The notes under the pieces were generated by a model. The model was given only the letters and a program-made list of their open reading frames with translations. It was not told the origin of the DNA and did not search any database. Made by a program: the position numbers and the translations under genes. From assembly GCA_963787425.1 (NCBI GenBank), contig CAWBCV010000022.1:39370-103369 (forward strand): a DNA stretch of 64,000 nt. The letters run 5' to 3'. Positions within the stretch are counted from its first letter, which is position 1. Each line of letters starts with the position of its first letter. This stretch comes from an uncultured Alphaproteobacteria bacterium (GTDB lineage Bacteria; Pseudomonadota; Alphaproteobacteria; ATCC43930; CGMCC-115725). Below are positions 55,087-64,000 of the stretch, one piece after another.

Positions 55087-56301
55087 GTGAGCGAAGCGAG
55101 ACCAGGGCCGCTTGCCGGGATCAAGACCCTCGATTTGACGACGGTCGTGCTGGGGCCGCTTGCGACGCAGATCCTGGGCGATCTTGGCGCCGAGGTGATC
55201 AAGATCGAGGCGCCGGGTGGCGACATCATGCGCTATGCCGAGCCGGCCCGGCACCGCGAGATGGGGCATGTCTTCCTCAATCTCAACCGCAACAAACGAT
55301 CGCTGGTTCTCGATTTGAAACATCAAGATGCGGCGCCGGTGCTGTTGGCCTTGGTCCGGCAGAGCGATGTTCTGATGCACAATATGCGGCCGCAAGCGAT
55401 GGCGCGGCTCGGCTTTGCCTGGGAACGGCTGCGCGAGGTCAACCCGCGGCTCGTCTACTGCTCGGCGCACGGTTACGGGCAGGATGGCCCATTCGCCGAC
55501 CGGCCGGCCTTCGACGACATCATCCAGGGCGGCTGCGGGCTCGTCGCGCTCGAAGCGGCGACGGGCGGCGAGGCGCGCTTCGTGCCGACCTTGATCGGCG
55601 ACAAGACCGTCGGGCTGACGATGGTTTATGCGGTCATGGCGGCGCTTTTGCAGCGCGAGCGCACCGGAGAGGGTCAGGCGGTCGAAGTGCCGATGCTGGA
55701 GACGATGACCGCGTTCGTCATGGCCGAGCACATGGGCGGGCTGACCTTCGACCCGCCGAGTGGGGAGCCCGGCTATTCTCGGATGCTCGCGCCGGACCGC
55801 CGGCCGCACCAGACGGCGGACGGGCATATCTGTATCCTTCCCTACACCGATCGGCACTGGAGGGATTTCTTCCGCATTGCCGGGCGCCCGGAGCTCGCCG
55901 ACGACCCGCGGCTTGCCGACGCGCAAACCAGGAGCCGCCACGTCGCCGAGCTTTATGCGTTGATCGCCGAATGCGTGCGCGACGGGTCGACCGCGTTCTG
56001 GCTCGAAAAGCTCAAATCGGCCGACATCCCCTCCGGACCGGTCAACCTGCTCGGCGGATTGCCGGCCGACGAGCACCTTGCTGCCGTGGAGATGTTCCCG
56101 CGGACCGACCATCCCACCGAAGGCAGCATCCGGATCGTCCGGCCGCCGGTGCGGTTCGGCGAGGCGGACTGCGGGCTGCGCCGTCCGGCGCCGCGATTGG
56201 GTGAGCATTCGCGCGAGATCCTGCGCGAAGCCGGGTTCGCCGATGACAAAATCGTGGATCTGCTCGCCCGCAAGGTCGCGATCGAAGCGATCGAACTGTG
56301 A
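55087..56301 (+). CDS. family III CoA-transferase (CaiB/BaiF family)
   Basis: GPLAGIKTLDLTTVVLGPLATQILGDLGAEVIKIEAPGGD. I prefer the GTG at 55087 because the ATG at 55027 abuts the intergenic repeat. Confidence 0.85.
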   Translation: MSEARPGPLAGIKTLDLTTVVLGPLATQILGDLGAEVIKIEAPGGDIMRYAEPARHREMGHVFLNLNRNKRSLVLDLKHQDAAPVLLALVRQSDVLMHNMRPQAMARLGFAWERLREVNPRLVYCSAHGYGQDGPFADRPAFDDIIQGGCGLVALEAATGGEARFVPTLIGDKTVGLTMVYAVMAALLQRERTGEGQAVEVPMLETMTAFVMAEHMGGLTFDPPSGEPGYSRMLAPDRRPHQTADGHICILPYTDRHWRDFFRIAGRPELADDPRLADAQTRSRHVAELYALIAECVRDGSTAFWLEKLKSADIPSGPVNLLGGLPADEHLAAVEMFPRTDHPTEGSIRIVRPPVRFGEADCGLRRPAPRLGEHSREILREAGFADDKIVDLLARKVAIEAIEL

Positions 56302-56333
56302 TAGGATCTCAAAAGTAATCCAAGGAGAACGCG

Positions 56334-57212
56334 ATGGACCCCGTTCGTTCCAACAACGGCCCCCGTTACAAGCATCTCGCCGACGAACCGGCGGGGTACG
56401 ACACAATTACCGTCGACAAGCTGACGCCGATCATCGGCGGCGAGATCGGCGGGGTCGATTTGTCGCGGCCGCTCGGCAATCGCACGCTCGACGAGATCCA
56501 CCGCGCGCTGGCCGAGAACCTCGTGATCTTCTTCCGCGACCAGCATTTGACCCAGGACCAGCACCTCGCCTTTGGCCGGCTGTTCGGCGACCTCCACCTC
56601 CATCCGGCGGCGCCGCATGAGCCGGGCAAGCCCGGGTTAATGATCATCCACGCCGACAAGGACTCGCCGCGCGCCAATGGCGAGGGCTGGCACAGCGACG
56701 TGTCCTGCGATCCCGAGCCGCCGATGGGCAGCATCCTCTACATCAGGAAATGCCCGCCGCGCGGCGGCGATACTCTGTTCGCCAGCATGTACGCCGCCTA
56801 TGAGGCGCTGTCGGACCGCATGAAGACCTATCTCAACGGGCTGACCGCGATCCATGATGGCGAGCATTATCGCGGCCAATACGCGAATTACGGGATCGCC
56901 GACAAGCCGAGCTACCCGCGCGCCGAGCACCCGGTCGTCCGCACCCATCCCGTGACCGGCCGGAAAGCGCTTTACGTGAACAAGGGGTTTACGCGGCGGA
57001 TTCTGGGGATTCCACGTGACGAGAGCGACGGCATGCTGCGTTGTCTCTACGAGCACATGGCCAATCCGCTATTCCAGTGCCGCTTCCGCTGGACCGAGAA
57101 CTCGATCGCGTTCTGGGACAACCGCTGCGTCCAGCATCACGCAATGTGGGACTATTGGCCCCACACGCGCTCGGGAAACCGCGTAACCGTCGCAGGCGAC
57201 CGGCCAGTCTAA
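56334..57212 (+). CDS. TauD/TfdA family Fe(II)/2-oxoglutarate dioxygenase
   Basis: GEGWHSDVSCDPEPP (HxD), GGDTLFASMYAAYEAL, WDNRCVQHHA. Confidence 0.9.
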   Translation: MDPVRSNNGPRYKHLADEPAGYDTITVDKLTPIIGGEIGGVDLSRPLGNRTLDEIHRALAENLVIFFRDQHLTQDQHLAFGRLFGDLHLHPAAPHEPGKPGLMIIHADKDSPRANGEGWHSDVSCDPEPPMGSILYIRKCPPRGGDTLFASMYAAYEALSDRMKTYLNGLTAIHDGEHYRGQYANYGIADKPSYPRAEHPVVRTHPVTGRKALYVNKGFTRRILGIPRDESDGMLRCLYEHMANPLFQCRFRWTENSIAFWDNRCVQHHAMWDYWPHTRSGNRVTVAGDRPV

Positions 57213-57519
57213 CACGCGTCTCCCTCGCGCCCCGCTTGGGGGCAGAGGGCTGGGCGAGTGGCCTCTTCTTCGGGCTGTGGCTTGACCATTGGTAGCGCGA
57301 CGGACATATAGAGAACGCAGCGTTCGTGCTCCTTCTTCGAGTCACGTGGCCGAACACGCGTGAGCGATCCCACCACCACGGTGGGAAGTGGGTTCGGTCT
57401 TTATGCCTGCCACGCCCGGACAACCCTGTTCACGCGGGTCGTCTTCCGACCCGCCAGGTGCCTGCGCATAGATGCAGTGCGCCTGTTGGGCCTCATGTAA
57501 TTTTTGAGAGATCACAAAC

Positions 57520-58863
57520 TTGTCTAGGTTTTCCGATTTTGGACTTGCACCCCTGATACTCAAGGCCGTCGCCGCCGAAGGCTATACGATACCTACCCCG
57601 ATCCAATCACAGGCCATCCCACAGGTGCTCCGCGGCTGCGATCTTTGCGGCATCGCCCAGACAGGGACCGGCAAAACAGCCGCTTTCGCATTGCCGATTC
57701 TGCAACGCCTCTCCAGCGCACCGGCACGGAGAACAGCTGGCGCCTGCCGAGCGCTCGTGCTCAGCCCGACGCGAGAGCTGGCCAGCCAAATCGCCGAGAG
57801 CTTCCGCGCCTATGGGCGCGAACTGCCGCTCTCCACAGCGGTTGTGTTCGGCGGTGTCCCGATTGGTGCCCAGCAGCGGCGGCTCGCGTCAGGTGTCGAC
57901 ATCTTGGTGGCGACACCCGGGCGCTTGCTCGACCTCATCGACCGCAAATCTCTTACTTTGTCGAGTGTCCAAATTCTGGTTCTCGACGAGGCGGATCGAA
58001 TGCTCGACCTGGGCTTCATCCATGCCCTGAGGCGTATCGTGAAATTGTTGCCGCTCCGGCGTCAAACACTGTTGTTCTCGGCGACTATGCCGAGGACGAT
58101 CGCCTCTCTTGCCGAGGAATACCTCAAGGACCCGGTCAAGGTGGCCGTCACACCGGCCGCGACGACGGTCGAACTGGTGGATCAAGGGGTCCTTTTTGTT
58201 CCGAGCGATCGGAAACGGGACGCTCTCGCGACATTGCTGGGAGATCCGGCATTTGAACGTGTGCTCGTCTTCACCCGCACAAAGCACGGTGCGGACCGGG
58301 TCGTGCGGCATCTGAGCGCGGCCGGTATCGAGGCGATCGCCATCCATGGAAACAAGTCGCAGCCCCAACGCGAACGCGCACTGGCCGGCTTTCGCGCCGG
58401 CGGCAGCAGGGTCCTCGTGGCTACCGACATTGCCGCGCGAGGGATCGATGTGGAAGGCGTATCGCACGTCATCAACTTCGAGCTGCCGAACGTTCCCGAA
58501 GACTATGTTCACCGCATCGGCCGAACTGCGCGTGCCGGTGCGGCCGGCGTAGCGATTTCGTTGTGCAGCGACGAGGAACGCGGTTACCTGCGCGACATCG
58601 AAAAGCTGACCCGACTCGGGGTCCGGCAGCTTCACGTCCAACTCGTTCCAATTAACCAGGATCGCTTTCCATTACCGCAGGAGCGGAGCGAGAGCGCACC
58701 TGCGCGAGATTTGCGAGCCTCGGCATTCAAGACCGCCGCCCCAAGACGCCCGGGTGGCGGCAGTCGCGGAGCGCGACGCGCTGGGAGGACTACTCCTTCA
58801 TCAGCTGCCGCTTCGCCTGTTCGGCGAAGTGGTCGAGTTCGAACTGGACCTGCGCCGGCGTGA
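57520..58863 (+). CDS. rhlE: DEAD-box ATP-dependent RNA helicase
   Basis: TTG start, Q-motif, AQTGTGKT, DEAD, SAT, HRIGRTARAG. Basic C-terminal tail. Confidence 0.9.
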   Translation: MSRFSDFGLAPLILKAVAAEGYTIPTPIQSQAIPQVLRGCDLCGIAQTGTGKTAAFALPILQRLSSAPARRTAGACRALVLSPTRELASQIAESFRAYGRELPLSTAVVFGGVPIGAQQRRLASGVDILVATPGRLLDLIDRKSLTLSSVQILVLDEADRMLDLGFIHALRRIVKLLPLRRQTLLFSATMPRTIASLAEEYLKDPVKVAVTPAATTVELVDQGVLFVPSDRKRDALATLLGDPAFERVLVFTRTKHGADRVVRHLSAAGIEAIAIHGNKSQPQRERALAGFRAGGSRVLVATDIAARGIDVEGVSHVINFELPNVPEDYVHRIGRTARAGAAGVAISLCSDEERGYLRDIEKLTRLGVRQLHVQLVPINQDRFPLPQERSESAPARDLRASAFKTAAPRRPGGGSRGARRAGRTTPSSAAASPVRRSGRVRTGPAPA

Positions 58864-59110
58864 TCGTTTGGCCTTTGGCAGCGAGATCGTTGACGATCTT
58901 GTCGAGGACGCGCTTGTCGCCCCCCGGCTCGAACTGAGCGGCGAGGACATCCTTGACGTAAGTCTCGGCATCGGCGTCGGTCAGCCCCATTTTCTGCGCC
59001 GCCCACAGGCCCGATAGCCGGTTGCGCCGAGAGGTGACCTTGAATTTGAAATCCTGATCGTGCTTGAACCGAGCCTCGAACTCTTTTTCACGGTCGGCGA
59101 AGGTGGTCAT
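58790..59110 (-). CDS. DUF1476 protein / F1Fo-ATPase inhibitor zeta subunit homologue
   Basis: MTTFADREKEFEARFKHDQDFKFKVTSRRNRLSGLWAAQKMGL resembles the alphaproteobacterial zeta subunit. The 269-aa track ORF is an artefactual extension. Confidence 0.8.
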   Translation of the reverse strand: MTTFADREKEFEARFKHDQDFKFKVTSRRNRLSGLWAAQKMGLTDADAETYVKDVLAAQFEPGGDKRVLDKIVNDLAAKGQTITPAQVQFELDHFAEQAKRQLMKE

Positions 59111-59185
59111 GGCGCTCTCATTCGAATCGATGCCGCAGGGGACGACGATACCATATCTATCGCGCCCCTGTGCGAGAGCGTGAAT

Positions 59186-59932
59186 GTGTGTACCCTGGTG
59201 ATCTTGCGCCGGCCAGAGCACCGTTGGCCGGTGCTGATCGGGGCCAATCGCGACGAAATGATCGACCGGCCATGGGAGCCTCCGGGCCGCCATTGGCCGG
59301 ACCGGCCGGAAGTAGTGGCGGGGCTCGACCGGCTCGCCGGCGGGTCGTGGCTCGGAGTCAACGATTGGGGGGTCGCCGCCGCAATCCTCAACCGGCACGG
59401 CTCGCTGGGCCCGGCACCCGGTCAGCGTTCGCGCGGCGAGCTGGTTCTCGAGGCGCTCGACCATGCCGATGCGGTCGCCGCCGCCGAGGCCCTCTCGCAT
59501 CTCGACCCCGCGGCCTATCGCACCTTCAACCTGATCGTCGCCGACGAGCGCGATGCCTTCTGGCTGCGTCATGCCGGGGGCGTCCGGGTCGACTTGCATC
59601 CGCTCAAGGACGGGCTGTCGATGATTGCGGCGGGCGATCTCGACGACCTCGCTACCCGGAGGCTCGAATTGGCGCTGCCGGCGTTTCGCGCATGGCCCGT
59701 GCCCGACCCCGATCGCGATGATTGGTCGGCGTGGGAATCGCTGCTCGGCAGCACCCGGGCGCCGCCCGGCGAGCCGGCGACCGCGGCCATGTGTTTCCGG
59801 TCGGACGGGTACGGGACCGTGTCGAGCGCGGTGATCGCCCTTCCCATGCTCGGCGAGCCGGAGCGCCGGCCGATCTTCCGCTTCGCCGGGTGGCTGCCTG
59901 AGGTCACACCCTGGCGCAACATCCCTTTCTGA
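59186..59932 (+). CDS. NRDE family protein (DUF833/TANGO2-like)
   Basis: GTG start gives (M)CTLVILRRPEHRWPVLIGANRDE, with the nucleophile-type Cys at position 2 and the NRDE motif. Confidence 0.8.
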   Translation: MCTLVILRRPEHRWPVLIGANRDEMIDRPWEPPGRHWPDRPEVVAGLDRLAGGSWLGVNDWGVAAAILNRHGSLGPAPGQRSRGELVLEALDHADAVAAAEALSHLDPAAYRTFNLIVADERDAFWLRHAGGVRVDLHPLKDGLSMIAAGDLDDLATRRLELALPAFRAWPVPDPDRDDWSAWESLLGSTRAPPGEPATAAMCFRSDGYGTVSSAVIALPMLGEPERRPIFRFAGWLPEVTPWRNIPF

Positions 59933-59948
59933 GCGACGAGGAGAGGAA

Positions 59949-60191
59949 ATGAGGGCGTTGGTTCACGTGAAGCTAAAGGCGGGGGTGCTCGACCCGCAAG
60001 GCAAGGTGATCGGCAACGCGCTTGCCGGTTTGGGGTTCACCGGGATCGGCGAGGTGCGGCAGGGCAAGCTGATCGAGCTGGAGCTCGACGAAACCGATGC
60101 GGTCCGCGCCCGCGAGCGGGTCGAGGCGATGTGCCGCGAGCTTCTCGCCAACCCGGTGATCGAAGACTATGCGATCGAGTTCTCGGCGTAG
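59949..60191 (+). CDS. purS: phosphoribosylformylglycinamidine synthase subunit PurS
   Basis: 80 aa, VHVKLKAGVLDPQGKVIGNALAGLGF...VRQGKLIELELD. Confidence 0.9.
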   Translation: MRALVHVKLKAGVLDPQGKVIGNALAGLGFTGIGEVRQGKLIELELDETDAVRARERVEAMCRELLANPVIEDYAIEFSA

Positions 60192-60412
60192 CTCGCGGCC
60201 CGGCGCAGGCTTCCCGCCAACACTTCTTCGAGTTTTTGCTCCAGTGCCGCCCCGCGGTAGGGCTTGGCAATGAAGGGGAAGTCGCCGCGCGCCGATCGCA
60301 ACTGGTTCGCCTCGCGCGTATAACCCGAACTCAGCAGGATCTTGAGGTCGGGCCGCAGGCGGGACGCCTCGCGCGCCAAGTCGGTGCCGCTTATTCCCGC
60401 CGGCATGACGTG
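60167..60412 (-). pseudogene. C-terminal remnant of a response-regulator receiver domain
   Basis: VMPAGISGTDLAREASRLRPDLKILLSSGYT...FPFIAKPY matches only the second half of a REC domain. No phospho-acceptor half lies upstream. Confidence 0.45.
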
Positions 60413-60540
60413 CTGGGAGCGGACACTTATCGACGTCTTACCTCGACGCGGGAGCAGCTGTGATCGTCGCCGCGCCGGATGCGGCTCGTCGCAGCGGTCC
60501 ACCACTATTGGCGCCGACAGGGTTCCTTCCACCATCGGAG

Positions 60541-61782
60541 TTATTTTCTCGCCTCGGTGTACGGGTAGATCATCTCACCGGTTTTGTATTTGGCGGGCGC
60601 CAGGATCGTAACCGTCGTCGGCCCGCGGAACTGCTCGACATCGTGCCCTTTGATGCCGTGGTACTGAACCCAGATCGGCCGCGCCTCGGTCCACTCGCCG
60701 TCAGGCCCGAAGGCGATGTCGCCCTCGATCGTGTGGAACGGGTGCGAGTGCAGGTATTCGGCGAGCTTGTCGTCGTCGAGGGTCTTCGTCGCCGCGATCG
60801 CGTCGCCGAGGATCTGCAATTCGCTGTAGGCGAAGGGCGGCAGGAAATAGCCGAGCAGGTCGACCCCTTCGGCCGGCGCCTTCGCCTGGTATTTCTTGAC
60901 GAAATCCATGACGCCGGGGAATTGCATTGTCGGGACCGGTTCCCACAAATCGACATTGACGATGCCGTTGGCCGCCTCGCCGAGCTGCATCTTGATCGCT
61001 GCCGCCTGCAATCCGGCAAGGCCGCCGCCGAGCATTTTGGTGTCGAGGCCGAGTTCGCCGACCGAACGCAGGATGCCGACCGTGTCCGACGGATACGAGG
61101 AGATGTAAACCAGATCCGGTTGGGCCGCCTGCACAGAGCGGATTATCGGCGTGAAGTCGACCGTGGTCGGCGGATACGCTCGGTCGTAGACGATGTCGAT
61201 CCCTTTGGCCTTGGCGTGCCCGCGCGCGCTTTCCGCCGCTTTGTGCTGGAATTCGGCGTCGGTGGCGATGATCGCAACCGTCTTCGGCTTTGGGTTCTGC
61301 GCCGCCGCCAAGTCGAACCAGCCCTCGGCGAAGGTCTTCACCGGCTCGGGGCCGAAGGGCAGCATCGAGAAGTATTTCGGATAATGGAAATTGTCGTTGG
61401 CCGCCAGCGCGAACAGGCCGAAGAACAGCCGGTTGTGCGAGATCGCGACCGGCATCGCCGGGACGACGAGATTGGTGCCGTAGCTCGAAATCAACAGGTC
61501 GACCTTGTCGATATCGATCAGCTTGGTGTAGATGGCCGGCACCAGCGAGGGGTTGCTCTGGTCGTCGTAATAGACCAGCTTGACCGGCCGGCCGAGGAGG
61601 CCGCCCTCGGCATTGACCTCGTCTTCCCAGATCTTGAACGCGAGCAGCCCGGTCTTGCCAACGACCGCGAACGGGCCGGTCAATTCCATGCTGAAGCCGA
61701 TCTTGATCGGCTCCGCCGCCTGAGCTGCTGCTGCTCCCCCCAGGAGCATTGCACCGAACAGCATGCGCCAGAGGCGTTTCAT
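60541..61782 (-). CDS. ABC transporter substrate-binding protein (branched-chain amino acid/LivK-like family)
   Basis: Signal peptide MKRLWRMLFGAMLLGGAAAAQA, IKIGFSMELTGPFAVVGK, VKLVYYDDQSNP. ATGA overlap with the aldolase gene stop. Confidence 0.9.
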   Translation of the reverse strand: MKRLWRMLFGAMLLGGAAAAQAAEPIKIGFSMELTGPFAVVGKTGLLAFKIWEDEVNAEGGLLGRPVKLVYYDDQSNPSLVPAIYTKLIDIDKVDLLISSYGTNLVVPAMPVAISHNRLFFGLFALAANDNFHYPKYFSMLPFGPEPVKTFAEGWFDLAAAQNPKPKTVAIIATDAEFQHKAAESARGHAKAKGIDIVYDRAYPPTTVDFTPIIRSVQAAQPDLVYISSYPSDTVGILRSVGELGLDTKMLGGGLAGLQAAAIKMQLGEAANGIVNVDLWEPVPTMQFPGVMDFVKKYQAKAPAEGVDLLGYFLPPFAYSELQILGDAIAATKTLDDDKLAEYLHSHPFHTIEGDIAFGPDGEWTEARPIWVQYHGIKGHDVEQFRGPTTVTILAPAKYKTGEMIYPYTEARK

Positions 61783-62399
61783 CCCTGCAGCTCCATGACT
61801 TGCGACCGCGTTAGATAGCGGGTCTCGGCGCCGCGCAGCAGCAGGTAAAGTTTCGCGGTCTCCTCGAGCTCCTCGATCGCGTTGACGGCGGCATCGAGGT
61901 TCGACCCAGCGACGACCGGGCCGTGATTGGCGAGGAGCACAGCATGGTGCTGGCCGGCAAAGCCGCGCACCGCCGCGGCGAGCGCGAGATCGCCCGGGCG
62001 GAAATAGGGGACGAGCGGCAAACGGCCGACCCGCATCACATAATAAGCCGTGATCGGCGGCAAGACGTCTGCGGGGTCGATTTCCGCAAGGCAAGAAACC
62101 GCGACCGAATGCGTCGAGTGCAGATGCACGACCGCGCCGGTCCCGGACCGCTCTTCGTACATGACGCGGTGCAGAAAATTTTCCTTGGTCGGCGCATCAC
62201 CCGAGACGAGATGCCCGTCGTGGTCAAGCTTCGACAGCCGCGCCGGGTCGAGGCGGCCGAGCGAGGCGTTGGTCGGCGTCATCAGCCAGCCGTCGCCGGT
62301 CCGCACACTGATGTTGCCGGAAGACCCGGCGGTCAGGCCGCGCGCAAAGATCGACTGGCCGATCGTGCAGATCGCCTCGCGCTCCGTCGCCTCGCTCAT
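61779..62399 (-). CDS. class II aldolase/adducin-family protein (OtnC-like decarboxylase/aldolase)
   Basis: GLTAGSSGNISVR...VVHLHSTHSVAVS...LLANHGPVVAG. Confidence 0.8.
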   Translation of the reverse strand: MSEATEREAICTIGQSIFARGLTAGSSGNISVRTGDGWLMTPTNASLGRLDPARLSKLDHDGHLVSGDAPTKENFLHRVMYEERSGTGAVVHLHSTHSVAVSCLAEIDPADVLPPITAYYVMRVGRLPLVPYFRPGDLALAAAVRGFAGQHHAVLLANHGPVVAGSNLDAAVNAIEELEETAKLYLLLRGAETRYLTRSQVMELQG

Positions 62400-62904
62400 C
62401 TCGTCTCTTCCCCGTTATTCACAAATTGTCCTATGGCTCCTGCGCCGCTCAAAACTATTCGCTCTGAGCGCAATCCGAACCGAGTTGGAGTGCCGTCCCT
62501 CCCACACTGAAACTGGATTCAACGCCACCACCCACCCATCGATCGAAGGCCATCTTTACCCTTAGTTCTCGAGTATATCAGCTATCGCGCAACCGCTCAT
62601 CCACTGCTCGCGTTCGCTCGGCTTCCGTGCCGACCTCGTTGTCGGCGCATATCATGCCAGCGGCGCGGCGGGCCGGGTGGGATTGCCGAAGGGCTGGAAG
62701 AATGTCGTGCGTCCTTCGAGGCCCCGCTTCGCGACGCACCTCAGGATGCGGCGTTTTTCTTACTACAATCAATATCATACCCTAATGCTGAGGAGTGAGC
62801 GGCGCAGCCGCGGCGCATCTCGAAGCATGCACCGCACCCGATGCACCGCAATCGTGCCCAGCCTCTGAGCGGCTCTTGGCAAACCGTCCGCCCCGGTCCC
62901 GCGT

Positions 62905-63021
62905 CACCTGTTCCCCCTGTTTTATCTGGTCGAGATCAGGCTTCGCCAACCTCCCATTCCCTGCTTTCGCACCCGCTCAGAGGCGCTCGATGCCGCGAGG
63001 GTATAATACGATTATGGCAAT
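62905..63021. repeat. intergenic repeat element (cacctgttccccctgttttatctggtcgagatcagg ... aatacgattatggcaat)
   Basis: The left module recurs inverted at 54992..55025. The right module recurs at 37588..37609 (aatacgataatcatatggcaat), 7284..7294 (attatggcaat) and inverted at 54921..54932. Confidence 0.7.
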
Positions 63022-63233
63022 AGTATGCTTGTTGACCCCGCAATCCTTTCTCGATCAGTGACGTGGGAAATCCGATTTCCGCGCCATCGTCGGGCAATTT
63101 TTCGGAATTACGTAGCAAACTCAGATCGTTGCGTGCGCCCGTTACTTCACAATCGGGACATGAGCTGACTGATGGCCCCGGCTGCTGCTGGCAAGGCGGC
63201 CCAGCCGCCACGGCTGCTTGAAAATACCGGCCG

Positions 63234-64000
63234 CTAGCCCTCTCCTGAGAGCACGGAAAAGGCGCGCAGGAAGAAGTCGGGCGCGCCGAAATTGCCGGAT
63301 TTGAGCGCCAACGCCAGGGCCGGCTCGCCGAGGCTCCGGGAGACTACGGTCCACGGCACGCCGGGATCGATCTGCCGGCCGATGCGCAAGCCCGGTGACG
63401 CCGAGCGCCTGGACGATCGCCCCGGCGGTCTCGCCGCCGGCGATGACGAACCGGCGCGCCCCTTTTTCGGCAAGGCCGCGCGGCAATCGCGGCGAGAGTC
63501 TCCTCGACCAGCGCGCCGGCGCGCTCGCGGCCGAGCGCCTGCCTGGATCGCGGCGACCTCCTCGGGCGGCGCTGTCGCGCTGATCAGGACCGGCCGATCG
63601 CCGAGCCGCGGCGTCGCCCAGGCGAGCGCCTCCTCGGCAATCGTCGCGCCCTGCGGCCGCCGCGATCGGGTCGACCGTGAAGAGCGGCGCGCGCTCGCGC
63701 ATATAGGCGACCTGGGCACGCGTCGCTTCCGAGCACGAGCCCGATAGCACCACGGCCGCGCCTGCGACCGGCGGCAGCGCATCGGCGGCGGCGCTGTCGC
63801 CGAGCAGGCCTTGGCGGCGGAAATTCTCGGGCAGCCCCAGCGCGATCCCCGATCCGCCGGTGATCAGCGGGAAGTCGGCCGCGGCCTCGCCGATCGCTTC
63901 GAGATTATCGGTCGTCGATCGCATCGACGATCGCGTGGCGAAAACCGGCCTGCCGCAGCGACGCGAAAGGCGTCGCGGATGGCCGCCGCGCCTCGCGACA
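63234..64000 (-). pseudogene. four-carbon acid sugar kinase (DUF1537/OtnK-like) gene, multiply frameshifted, 5' end beyond the window
   Basis: Family-like segments alternate among three frames. They read FPLITGGSGIALGLPENF...CSEATRAQVAYMRERAPLFTVDP, then IAEEALAWATPRLGDRPVLISATAPPEEVAAIQA, then ALGRERAGALVEETLAAIA, then LAEKGARRFVIAGGETAGAIVQALGV, then RIGRQIDPGVPWTVV...LKSGNFG. The stop is at 63234. Confidence 0.7.

Overview
High-GC (about 64-65% by eye) chromosomal segment that looks alphaproteobacterial, Hyphomicrobiales/Rhizobiales-like. That call is an inference from REP-type hairpins of the 'gtcattgcgagcgcagcgaa' and 'caccgggcttgacccggtg' kinds and from gene content. About 55 genes can be supported. 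Core genes include ivd (5' partial), scoAB, prkA-yeaH-spoVR, tsaD, gpsA, clpS-clpA, rhlE, the F1 zeta inhibitor and purS. The rest is accessory metabolism, one IS1182-family element and several decayed genes. I saw no rRNA, tRNA or CRISPR array. Two loci stand out. (1) At 38023..38568 (-), two track ORFs are joined in frame by a TGA that sits in a U-G-S-C-T-S-C motif (UxxCxxC, as in GrdB/PrdB selenoproteins), with a stem-loop 2 nt downstream. This is a candidate selenoprotein gene in an ArsR-headed same-strand string next to an uncharacterised 374-aa protein. (2) At 32979..37154 (-) lie two tandem paralogous PQQ methanol/ethanol-family dehydrogenases. Each is joined by a Pro-rich linker to a C-terminal amicyanin-like type-1 copper domain (His...C-T-P-H-P-W-M). 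Each also carries the Asp-x-Asp (WDYD) signature of lanthanide-dependent enzymes. Other points: an AtzE/AtzG-like amidase cluster with a flavin monooxygenase-type ACAD protein and a di-iron protein; translationally coupled MBOAT and OpgC/SGNH modules; a duplicated yeaH 5' end; a phosphoketolase remnant; a repeat-rich 1-kb noncoding region; and many frameshifted genes (transposase, APH, MpaB, Usp, and OtnK with four frame switches). All family calls rest on reading the translated ORFs by eye; no database search was possible.
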